This document shows positions 35,203 to 43,127 of a stretch of 62,054 nucleotides of DNA, piece after piece. Position 1 is the first letter of the stretch. The number at the start of each line of letters is the position of its first letter. A program made the position numbers and the translations under genes. The DNA comes from Candidatus Limnocylindria bacterium (GTDB lineage Bacteria > Chloroflexota > Limnocylindria > P2-11E), in NCBI GenBank assembly GCA_036394215.1, contig DASWFN010000086.1, positions 1 through 62,054 of the forward strand. The letters run 5' to 3'. A model generated the notes under the pieces. That model did no database searches. It had not been told where the DNA came from and saw only the letters and a program-made list of their open reading frames with translations.

Positions 35203-35229
35203 TCAATTGGCAAATGGTTATACCACTGG
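35203..35229. promoter_or_regulatory. GntR/FadR-type operator-like palindrome upstream of the ubiD operon
   Basis: TCAATTGGCAAATGGTTATACCACTGG. The core TGGTTATACCA (reverse complement TGGTATAACCA) matches T.GT-N3-AC.A on both strands. It lies about 70-90 bp upstream of the ubiD ATG. Confidence 0.4.
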
Positions 35230-35260
35230 GACCGGCGCCCTGGCGATGGGCCGGCGGGAC

Positions 35261-36297
35261 CTACCTCAAGAGACCCCGGTCGAGCGCGCTTTTGACGAGG
35301 GAATCGTCGACGATCTTGGCCGGGTCGACGGTCTTCACCTTCTCGTTGAACTTGCTGACGACGTCCTGGATCGAGACGAGCTGCGCCGCCGTCGGCGTCG
35401 GCGGGTCTTCAGGACGGTGCCGACGTACCAGTCGTAGGCGGCCTGCATGCCCTTGTCGTCCTCGGACTTCAGGTACTTTTTGAGGGCCGCGATGGTCGCG
35501 GGCTTGTCCGCGCGGGCCTTCGCGATGCCCTGGACGATGGAGTCGACGTAGCGCTGGACGACCGCCCGGTTCTCGTTGAGGTACTTGCGTGTGACGACGA
35601 TGGTCGTCGCGGCGGTCGAGAGGTTGAGGTCCGCCATCTTCGCCACCGAGTGGAAGCCGGCCGCTTCGAGCTTCAGGGTGTCGGGCGGCGACGACAGCGT
35701 CGCGGACACGCCGCCGCTCAGGAGCGCCGCGGTGGCGTTCGCCGTCGAGCCGGTCGAGAAGATCGTCACGTCGGTGTCGGGCACCAGGCCGAGCTTCGGC
35801 AGCATCGTGCGGATGCCGATGTCGAACGTGCCGCCGACGCCGGCGATCGCGACCTTCTTGCCCTTGAGGTCCGCGGCCGTCTTGATGTCCGCCGCGGCGT
35901 AGAGCTGGTACGGCCAGACCGGTCCGGTGTTCGCGACGACGACGACGTCACCGCCACCGGCGGTGGTCGTGAGCGCCTCCGATCCGCCGATGTGGGCGAT
36001 CTGGGTCTGCCCGGCCAGCAGAGCGGGCAGGCCGGTCGTGCTCGCGATGAGCTGTAGGTCGACGTCGAGGAGGTTCTGGTCGAAGATGCCCTGCTCCTTC
36101 GCGACGTACGCCGGGAAGAAGTCGGCGAGGACGTTCGAGTACGAGACAACGATCTTGGCCCGCGACGGCTGCGCCGTCGCGGTCGCTGTCGCCGCGACCG
36201 GCCCGCCGGAGGTCGCGGCAGGCGCCGGCGTGGCCGAGCCGCCACAGGCCGAGACCAGCGCGAGCACCGCGATCGTGACCGCCCGGATCCGCGTCAT
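35261..36297 (-). pseudogene. NMT1/THI5-family substrate-binding lipoprotein interrupted by a frameshift near the 3' end
   Basis: Track ORF 35335..36315 ends in ...AYDWYVGTVLKTRRRRRRRSSSRSRTSSASSTRR*. Shifting frame at ~35402 gives PTPTAAQLVSIQDVVSKFNEKVKTVDPAKIVDDSLVKSALDRGLLR* (stop 35263-35261), collinear with the C-termini of the two paralogs. ATG 36297 follows GAGGAGG; lipobox LVSACGG. Confidence 0.7.
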
Positions 36298-36327
36298 CGA
36301 GGGCCTCCTCGCCATCCGCGTCGCGAG

Positions 36328-37143
36328 TCAGGCGCGAATGATACGCAGGCCCGATAGGAACTCGGCCACGATCGCGGTCACCTCGGCGGCCGTCCCGCGC
36401 GTGCTGTGCGGGCTGTGCCCGCCACCTTCGATCATCTCGATCCGCGCGGCCGGCACGTCGCGGCGGATGCGGTCCAGCTCGCCGGGCTCGGTCCGCGGGT
36501 CGTCAGTGCCGTGGATGACGAGCATCGGCACCCGCAGCTCGTGCAGCCGGTCGTCGTAGAGGTCCTCGTTCGGCGTCGCCGCGATGTCCAGCCAGGCCTG
36601 CCCGTCGGCCCGGATGATCGTGCGCCAGTAGTCGTCGCCGAGATCTTCGGCGAGCTTGCGCGCGACCCGCTCGCCGAACGCATCGGGGTCATGGGCCATC
36701 CGCAGGAAGAAGTCGCGCGACCGCGGCTTCTCGCGGTCCAGATGGATCGCCTCGACGATGAGTCCGGTATATCGCTCCGGGTGTCGCAGCGCCATGAGCG
36801 TCGCGATGACCGCACCGTCGCTGTGGCCCCAGAGCACGCAGCGCTCGATCCCCAGCGCATCGAGGAGCGTCTCGGTCTCGACGGCCGCCGCGGCGTGGAA
36901 CCGCGGCGGCAGCCGCTCGATGTGCGGCGACCCGCCGTAGCCGGTGCGATCCGGGATCACGAACCGGCGGTCGAGCGTCGCGATCGCATCGTCGTGCGGG
37001 TAGTAGCCGTAACCCCATCCGCCGTGGAGGATCACCAGCGGCTCGCCGCCGCCGCCCTCCCGGTAATGGAGGTCGATCGGCCGCGTGCCCGGGAGCAGCG
37101 GGGAGGACTCGATCGTCTCCCGGCGGGAGACGAGCGTCGTCAC
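36328..37143 (-). CDS. Alpha/beta-fold hydrolase (C-C bond/enol-lactone hydrolase-like), 271 aa
   Basis: LVILHGGWG, nucleophile elbow WGHSDGA, HGTDDPRTE and GGGHSPH (Ser-Asp-His). GTG 37143 overlaps the crotonase stop (GTGA). Confidence 0.8.
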   Translation of the reverse strand: MTTLVSRRETIESSPLLPGTRPIDLHYREGGGGEPLVILHGGWGYGYYPHDDAIATLDRRFVIPDRTGYGGSPHIERLPPRFHAAAAVETETLLDALGIERCVLWGHSDGAVIATLMALRHPERYTGLIVEAIHLDREKPRSRDFFLRMAHDPDAFGERVARKLAEDLGDDYWRTIIRADGQAWLDIAATPNEDLYDDRLHELRVPMLVIHGTDDPRTEPGELDRIRRDVPAARIEMIEGGGHSPHSTRGTAAEVTAIVAEFLSGLRIIRA

Positions 37144-37916
37144 GTCCCCTTGTACGTCGGCTTGCGCTTCTCGCTGAACGCGGTCACGCCCTCGCGCGCG
37201 TCGTCGGAGGCGAAGAGCCGGCCGACGGCCTCGTGCTCGTAGAGCATCCCGTCCTGGAACGGCATCCCACCGCCGAGCACGGTCGCGAGCTTGATCTTGC
37301 CGAGCGCGAGCGTCGGCCCGGTGGCCATCTTCGCCGCGTACTCGTGGGTCTTCTCCAGCAGGTCGGCAGCGGGGAAGAGCTCGTCGACGATGCCCAGCTC
37401 CTTGGCCTGCGCCGGCGGAACGGCGGCGCCGCGCAGCATGAGGTCGAGGGCCTTCTGCCGGCCGATGAGCCGCGGCAGGCGCTGCGTCCCACCGGTGCCC
37501 GGAAGCACGCCGAGGGTCACCTCGGGGAGCCCGATGTTGTACGTCCCCTCCGCCGCGAAGCGGAAGTCGCAGCAGAGCGCGATCTCGAGGCCGCCGCCGA
37601 GACAGTGGCCGTTGATGGCCGCGACGACGACCTTCGCCGTCCGCTCGAACTTGGACATGATCTCGTTCGCGTGGATCACGAACGCCGCCTGGTAGTCGGC
37701 GTCGGTCGCAGCGAACATCTTCACGTCCGCCCCGGCAGAGAAGAACTTCTCCGAGGCGCTGCGCACGACGATTGACTTGACCGCGGCGGTGAAGCGGGCC
37801 TCGTCGATCGCGGCCGAGAGGTCGTCGAGGAAGGCCTTGTCGTAGGAGTTGGCCGGCGGCCGGTCCAGCACGATGTGACCGACGGCGTCGCGTATTTCCA
37901 GCCGTACGACGGACAT
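37140..37916 (-). CDS. Enoyl-CoA hydratase/isomerase (crotonase) family protein
   Basis: FFSAGADVKMF and INGHCLGGGLEIALCCD oxyanion-hole segments. I prefer ATG 37916 (behind GAGGAGG) over 37937. Confidence 0.85.
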   Translation of the reverse strand: MSVVRLEIRDAVGHIVLDRPPANSYDKAFLDDLSAAIDEARFTAAVKSIVVRSASEKFFSAGADVKMFAATDADYQAAFVIHANEIMSKFERTAKVVVAAINGHCLGGGLEIALCCDFRFAAEGTYNIGLPEVTLGVLPGTGGTQRLPRLIGRQKALDLMLRGAAVPPAQAKELGIVDELFPAADLLEKTHEYAAKMATGPTLALGKIKLATVLGGGMPFQDGMLYEHEAVGRLFASDDAREGVTAFSEKRKPTYKGT

Positions 37917-37952
37917 GACGACCTCCTCGCGTGGCATCGTGGGATTTGCGGC

Positions 37953-37974
37953 ACAATCTAACCAACTGGTCAGT
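37953..37974. promoter_or_regulatory. AT-rich promoter/operator-like box ACAATCTAACCAACTGGTCAGT
   Basis: Lies in the divergent crotonase / aldehyde dehydrogenase region. It shares ACAATCTA with 4579-4586 and contains TGGTCA. Confidence 0.25.
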
Positions 37975-38018
37975 CGCGTGCGCGGGATCCCGCACGCCGA
38001 TCGTGGGAGAGGTTACCG

Positions 38019-39458
38019 ATGCCAAAGATGTACATCAACGGCGAGCTCGTCGATGCCCGGAGCGGCAAGACGATGGACGTGAAGAACCCCTCGACGGGCG
38101 CGGTCGTCGACTCCGTGCCGCGCGGCAGCGTCGCCGATGTCGATGCGGCGGTCGAAGCCGCGGCGAAAGCGTTCCCGGCGTGGGCGGCGATGCCGCCGAC
38201 CAAGCGCGCCGCGATCCTCCACGCCGCCGCGGAGAAGATGAAGGCCGCGGTCCCGGAGATCGCGAAGCTCCTCAGCCAGGAGCAGGGCAAACCGCTCGCC
38301 CACGCGATCCTCGAGGCCTCGCGCGTCCAGGAGAACCTCGAGTACTACGCCGGCCTGGCGGACAAGATCCGCGGCGACTACGTCCCGCTCGACGACCCGG
38401 CGAAGTTCGGGCTCACCATCCGCCGGCCCGTCGGCGTGGTCGCGGCGATCACCCCGTGGAACTTCCCGCTGACGCTCATGGCGAACAAGATCTGCCCCGC
38501 GCTCGCGACGGGCTGCACCGTCGTGCTCAAGCCGGCGTCGACGACGCCGCTCGCGACGCAGCGCGCGGTCGAGATCATCAACTCGGCCGGGCTTCCGCCG
38601 GGCGTGTTGAACATCGTGCATGGCTCGGGCGCCGAGATCGGCGACGCGCTCGTCTCGCACAAGAAGGTGAACAAGGTCGCCTTCACCGGCCAGACCGAGA
38701 CCGGCAAGCGGATCATGAAGCTCGCCGCGGAGAACGTGACCCGCGTGACGCTCGAGCTCGGCGGCAGCGACCCGATGATCGTCTGCGACGACGCCGACCT
38801 CCGGCGCGCGTCCGCTGCGACGGCCATCGGCCGCTTCTTCAATGCCGGGCAGGCCTGCCTCGCGGTGAAGCGCGTGTACGTCTTCGCGTCGGTCGCCGAG
38901 GAGTTCATGACCAAGATCGCCGACCGCGCGAAGAAGGAATGGAAGGTCGGCGACGGCCTCGCCGAGGGCACCAAGATGGGGCCCCTCCACACCGAGCACC
39001 AGCGCGCCGAGGTCGAGTCCCAGGTCGCGGACGCCGTGAAGAAGGGCGCGAAGGTGCTCGCCGGCAACACGCGGCCGGAGGGCAAGGAGTTCGAGCGCGG
39101 CTGGTTCATGGATGCCACGGTCCTGACCGATGTGCCCGAGGACTCGCGCATGCTCACCGAAGAGGTGTTCGGCCCGGCGCTCCCGATCGTCATCGTGAAC
39201 GACCTCGACGAGGCCATCGCGAAGGCCAACGCGAGCGTCTACGGGCTCGGCTCCTCCATCTGGACGAAGGACCTGGCGAAGGCCCGCAAGGCCATCGAGC
39301 TCCTCCAGTCCGGCTACACCTGGGTCAACGACATCCAGGTCGCGTACGACCAGCTGCCCTTCGGCGGCTCCAAGCAGTCCGGGTTCGGCAAGGAGCACGG
39401 CCTCGAGGCGCTCGACGGCTACCTCGAGAAGAAGTCCGTGGTCCTCTCCGCGGGGTAG
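38019..39458 (+). CDS. NAD(P)+-dependent aldehyde dehydrogenase (479 aa)
   Basis: ITPWNFP, FTGQTETGK, catalytic LELGGSDP (Glu) and FFNAGQACLA (Cys), plus EEVFGP. Confidence 0.9.
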   Translation: MPKMYINGELVDARSGKTMDVKNPSTGAVVDSVPRGSVADVDAAVEAAAKAFPAWAAMPPTKRAAILHAAAEKMKAAVPEIAKLLSQEQGKPLAHAILEASRVQENLEYYAGLADKIRGDYVPLDDPAKFGLTIRRPVGVVAAITPWNFPLTLMANKICPALATGCTVVLKPASTTPLATQRAVEIINSAGLPPGVLNIVHGSGAEIGDALVSHKKVNKVAFTGQTETGKRIMKLAAENVTRVTLELGGSDPMIVCDDADLRRASAATAIGRFFNAGQACLAVKRVYVFASVAEEFMTKIADRAKKEWKVGDGLAEGTKMGPLHTEHQRAEVESQVADAVKKGAKVLAGNTRPEGKEFERGWFMDATVLTDVPEDSRMLTEEVFGPALPIVIVNDLDEAIAKANASVYGLGSSIWTKDLAKARKAIELLQSGYTWVNDIQVAYDQLPFGGSKQSGFGKEHGLEALDGYLEKKSVVLSAG

Positions 39459-39467
39459 GCTCCGGGA

Positions 39468-39722
39468 ATGGCGAGCGTCGACGCCCTCATCGCGGAGGCC
39501 AAGGGCCTCGACCTGTTCCGGCCGCACGGGGCCTTCGAGGTCCACTGCGCGCACTGCCACGCCCGGCTCGACGGCAACGGCGACTGCGCGACCTGCGGGC
39601 TGATCGGGCGCCCGGCCGAGGAGCTCGAGCGCCGCGGCGCGACGGATCCGGACCGTGTCGCGAAGCTGCTGGAGTCGGCGATCAAGAAGCGCCGCGCGTA
39701 CACGCCCGCCGCGAAGGCCTAG
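39468..39722 (+). CDS. Small Cys4 zinc-ribbon-like protein (84 aa), function unknown
   Basis: HCAHCHARLDGNGDCATCG (CxxC-x10-CxxC). Strong G/C third-position bias. Starts 9 nt after the ALDH stop. Its stop overlaps the convergent SDR stop (CTAG). Confidence 0.5.
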   Translation: MASVDALIAEAKGLDLFRPHGAFEVHCAHCHARLDGNGDCATCGLIGRPAEELERRGATDPDRVAKLLESAIKKRRAYTPAAKA

Positions 39723-40450
39723 CCCACCTCGCCCAGAGCGGCCCCGGCCGACCGCGCGACCTCTTCGTCGTCGATCTCGAGGATCGCGCCATTCCGCTCC
39801 GTCGCCGGCAGGCAGAGGTACGTCACGACGCGGGCCGGATCGCGTGGATCGGGGATGCGCTCCTGCATCGGGATGTCCATGAAGCCCGGATGGAACGCCG
39901 CGACCGTGACGCCGCTGCCCTCCATCTCGATGGCGAGGACGCGCGTCAGCTGGTCGACGGCGGCCTTCGCCGCGCAGTACGCGCTCCACCCCGCGCTCGC
40001 GCGATCGGCGGCGCCGCTCGAGATGTTCACGATCCGGCCGTAGTCGCGATCGAGCATGCCGGGCAGGACGGCGCGGGTCACGAGGTACGTGCCCCCCACG
40101 TTGATCGCGATGTTCCGCAGCCACGAGGCCCCGCTGCTCTCCGCGAGCGGCCCGACCGGGTCGAGCACGCCGGCGTTGTTCACGAGGATCGTCGGCGGCC
40201 CGACCCAGCGCTCCGTCGCGAGCACGAGCTCCTGCACCTGACGCTCGTCGCTCACGTCCGCGGTCTGGGCGAGCGCTTTCCCACCCTGCTTCTTGATCTC
40301 CGTGACGACCTCGTCGAGCTCCGGCGCGTTCCGCGACGCGACGACGACGCTGGCACCAAGGCCCGCGAGCATCTCCGCGATCGCGCGGCCGAAGCCCCGG
40401 CCGCCGCCGGTGACGATCGCGACCTGCTTCGCAAGGAACGGCGCAGTCAT
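39719..40450 (-). CDS. Short-chain dehydrogenase/reductase (SDR)
   Basis: VAIVTGGGRGFGRAIA, NNAG and YCAAK (YxxxK). Confidence 0.85.
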   Translation of the reverse strand: MTAPFLAKQVAIVTGGGRGFGRAIAEMLAGLGASVVVASRNAPELDEVVTEIKKQGGKALAQTADVSDERQVQELVLATERWVGPPTILVNNAGVLDPVGPLAESSGASWLRNIAINVGGTYLVTRAVLPGMLDRDYGRIVNISSGAADRASAGWSAYCAAKAAVDQLTRVLAIEMEGSGVTVAAFHPGFMDIPMQERIPDPRDPARVVTYLCLPATERNGAILEIDDEEVARSAGAALGEVG

Positions 40451-41616
40451 GCGTGCACGGCCAGGTGCTTCGAGAGCGCGCCCGCGAGCCGATCGACATC
40501 GGAGTCTTGATGCAGCGCCCAGAACGAGATCCGGATCGCGTCCATGCTCTGGTCGCCGACGTGTTTGATCACGACCCGATCCTCATCCCACGCGCGCTGC
40601 ACGACCTCCGCGGCGCCGCCGGCGCGCGGCTGCACCACCACGATGCCTGTCGGATCGCCGGCGCGGCCGAGCAGGTCGAGCGGCAGCGCGCCGACCGCGC
40701 CGAGCACGCGGGTCCGGAGCTCCTTCACCCGCGCGGCGACGCGCGGGCCGAGCGTCCGATGGACCGCGAGCGTCTGGCGGATCCCGACGAACGCCGCGAC
40801 GTCCACCGTGCCGATCTCGAAGCGGGTCGCGTCGTCGTTCAGCCGCATGTGGCCCTGGAGATCGTGGTCGGCGCGCGAACGCCAGCCGACGCGGCTCGGC
40901 GTCCAACGCCCGGGATCCGCGATCCACGCGGCGCCGGTCGCGAGCGGTCCGTGCAGCCACTTGTGTCCGAGGAACACGGCCGCGTCGGCACCGAGCGCGC
41001 GCACGTCGATCGGGATCTGCCCGAGGGCCTGCGCACAGTCGACGATGCTGACCGCGCCGGCGGCGCGCGCGAGCCGGCAGGCTTCCTCGACCGGAAGCCG
41101 GCGGCCGGTGCGGCAGGACACGAGCGACAGGACGATGGCCTCCGCGCCGTCGCGGAACGCCTGGGCGACGTCCGCGAGGAACCGCTCGTCATCGTGGACC
41201 GCGATCACCCGCACGCGATCGCCGCGATCCTGCCGGCGGTAGACCGGCAACAGCGCGGCGGGATGCTCCTCGGCCGTCGTGACGATGAGCGCGCGGTCCC
41301 GCAGCGGCAGCGACGCGATGAGCGTGTTGAGGCCGTCGGTGGCGGACTGCGTGAGCGCCATGCGGGACGCGCCATCCGGATCGCCGACGAAGGACGCGAG
41401 GTCCGCGCGCGTCGCGCTGAGCTCCTCGTTGTAGGAGTCGTACCCGACGTGCGAGAACATCCCGACCCCGTTCATCCAGGTGCGGTACGCCTCGGCCGCG
41501 CGCTGCGCGATCGGGAACGTCGGCCCGGAGCCGGCCACGTTGAAGTAGACGAAGTCGTCGTTCAGCGCCTGCAGCGCGTCAACCGACACGTCCGGCCGCG
41601 GATCGACGAACGTCAT
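40447..41616 (-). CDS. Class V aminotransferase-fold PLP enzyme (cysteine desulfurase/epimerase-like), 389 aa
   Basis: MTFVDPRP...YFNVAGSGP...VDCAQALGQIPIDV...FLGHKWLHGP (PLP-Lys context). Start re-set to ATG 41616 (ATGA overlap with the upstream small gene). Confidence 0.8.
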   Translation of the reverse strand: MTFVDPRPDVSVDALQALNDDFVYFNVAGSGPTFPIAQRAAEAYRTWMNGVGMFSHVGYDSYNEELSATRADLASFVGDPDGASRMALTQSATDGLNTLIASLPLRDRALIVTTAEEHPAALLPVYRRQDRGDRVRVIAVHDDERFLADVAQAFRDGAEAIVLSLVSCRTGRRLPVEEACRLARAAGAVSIVDCAQALGQIPIDVRALGADAAVFLGHKWLHGPLATGAAWIADPGRWTPSRVGWRSRADHDLQGHMRLNDDATRFEIGTVDVAAFVGIRQTLAVHRTLGPRVAARVKELRTRVLGAVGALPLDLLGRAGDPTGIVVVQPRAGGAAEVVQRAWDEDRVVIKHVGDQSMDAIRISFWALHQDSDVDRLAGALSKHLAVHA

Positions 41617-41978
41617 GCCGTCGTCATCCCGCGGATCGCGAGACCCGCAGCGAAGAGCGCGACGAGCCCGAAGGTGAGCGATGCGGTGCGGCGTTCGCGC
41701 GTGCGGACGATCGTGGCCGCCAGCGGGATCGCGAGCGCGAGCGCGAAACCGTAGAGGACATGGAGCGACTGTGTCGGCGGGCGGTAGAAGAGCAGCGTCG
41801 CGACGCCGAGCAGGCCCTGGCCGATGGCGGCGATCTCGGCGATGACGAGCGCCCCGATGAAGCTCGGCGTCGGTCCGCTCCCGCGGATCCCGAGCCACAG
41901 GCCCCAGAGGCCCACGAGCGTGTAGTACAGGATGATGGCCGTCGCGGTGCGGCCGTGCAACGAGAGCACGATGTCCAC
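41613..41978 (-). CDS. Small integral membrane protein (121 aa, ~4 TM), function unknown
   Basis: Hydrophobic helices (AIILYYTLVGLWGLWLGI, FIGALVIAEIAAIGQGLLGVATLLF, VLYGFALALAIPLAATIV, FGLVALFAAGLAI). GTG start. Translationally coupled to the aminotransferase. Confidence 0.55.
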   Translation of the reverse strand: MDIVLSLHGRTATAIILYYTLVGLWGLWLGIRGSGPTPSFIGALVIAEIAAIGQGLLGVATLLFYRPPTQSLHVLYGFALALAIPLAATIVRTRERRTASLTFGLVALFAAGLAIRGMTTA

Positions 41979-42001
41979 ACGATGAGGTTACAGTGGCGTC
42001 G

Positions 42002-42076
42002 ATGCGCACGTTGGCGGTCGTCGTTTCCTTTACCCCGCTCCTTCAGGGAGCCGGGATGGGAGGCGCACGCCGCTAA
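42002..42076 (+). CDS. Candidate 24-aa leader peptide MRTLAVVVSFTPLLQGAGMGGARR (attenuator ORF)
   Basis: ATG 42002 lies about 14 nt after GAGG. Codons 4-8 are Leu-Ala-Val-Val-Val. It ends with TAA 25 nt before a terminator hairpin that precedes ilvE. Confidence 0.3.
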   Translation: MRTLAVVVSFTPLLQGAGMGGARR

Positions 42077-42099
42077 CGAGACGAGCTCCGCGACCTCTG

Positions 42100-42129
42100 G
42101 CCTCCCGGACACCGGGAGGCTTTTTCGTT
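42100..42129 (+). terminator. Intrinsic-terminator-like hairpin in the ilvE 5' leader (attenuator)
   Basis: GCCTCCCGG-ACA-CCGGGAGGC (9-bp GC stem, 3-nt loop) is followed by TTTTTCGTT and ends 18 nt before the ilvE ATG. No upstream + strand gene exists for it to terminate. Confidence 0.5.
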
Positions 42130-42146
42130 CCCACGAGGAGGGCGAG

Positions 42147-43127
42147 ATGGCGGCGACGACGAAGAACACGGCCGGCCAGGCGAAGGCCGGGCCCGGCCCG
42201 GCGAACGAGATCCCAGAGACCGGGACCGCGTATCTCGGCGGCGCGTTCGTGCCGTTCGCCGACGCGAAGGTGAGCATCGCCACGCACGCGCTCCAGTACG
42301 GGACCGGCGTCTTCGAGGGGATCCGCGCGTACTGGAACAGCGCCGACGAGCAGCTCTACGTCTTCCGCCTCCGCGAGCACTTCGTTCGCATGACCGACTC
42401 GTGCAAGGTCCTTCGGATCGAGCTGCCCGGCGATCCGGACGAGCTCTCGGCCATCGTCGTCGAGCTCCTCCGGCGCAACGGCTTCCGCGGCGACGTGTAC
42501 GTGCGGCCGCTCGCGTACAAGGCCGGACGCATCGTGAAGGTCGCCCTGCACGGGATCCGCGACGGCTTCGGCGTCTACGCCTTCCCGATGGGCGGCTACC
42601 TCTCGACCGGCGGCCTTGTCGCGCACACGACGAGCTGGCGGCGCATCTCGGATGAAGCGATCCCGGCGCGTGCGAAGGTGACCGGGGCGTACGTGAACAC
42701 GGCCCTCGCGGTGGACGACGCCGGCGAGCGCGGCGCGGAGGAGGCGATCTTCCTCACCTCGAACGGGCACGTCTCCGAGGGCGGCGGCTCGAACCTCTAC
42801 ATGGTCCGCGACGGCACGCTCGTCACGCCGCCGGTCACCGACGACATCCTCGAGGGCATCACCCGCCAGACCATCGTCGCGCTCGCGAAGGAGCTCGGCT
42901 ATCCCGTCTCCGAGCGATCGATCGACCGCACCGAGCTGTTCATCGCTGACGAGATCTTCTTCTGCGGGACCGGTGCGCAGGTCGCGCCGTGCGTGAAGGT
43001 CGATGGCCGGCCCGTGGGCGGCGGCACGATCGGCCCGCTGGCGAAGGCCATCGGCGATCGCTATATCGCCATCGCCCGCGGCGACGATCCCTCGCACGCC
43101 GACTGGCGCACCGCGGTCTACCGATGA
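42147..43127 (+). CDS. ilvE: Branched-chain amino acid aminotransferase (class IV PLP), 326 aa
   Basis: HALQYGTGVFEGIRAY...YVRPL...EGGGSNLYMV...GITRQTIV...FFCGTGAQV. ATG 42147 follows GAGGAGGGCGAG. Confidence 0.85.
   Translation: MAATTKNTAGQAKAGPGPANEIPETGTAYLGGAFVPFADAKVSIATHALQYGTGVFEGIRAYWNSADEQLYVFRLREHFVRMTDSCKVLRIELPGDPDELSAIVVELLRRNGFRGDVYVRPLAYKAGRIVKVALHGIRDGFGVYAFPMGGYLSTGGLVAHTTSWRRISDEAIPARAKVTGAYVNTALAVDDAGERGAEEAIFLTSNGHVSEGGGSNLYMVRDGTLVTPPVTDDILEGITRQTIVALAKELGYPVSERSIDRTELFIADEIFFCGTGAQVAPCVKVDGRPVGGGTIGPLAKAIGDRYIAIARGDDPSHADWRTAVYR

Noticed and set aside
37931-40510. 859-aa plus-strand ORF and the 828-aa minus-strand ORF at 38013..40499
   Set aside because: Both are Arg/Gly/Pro-rich shadows of the aldehyde dehydrogenase, zinc-ribbon and SDR genes. 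The real frames show NAD-binding and catalytic motifs and G/C third-position bias.
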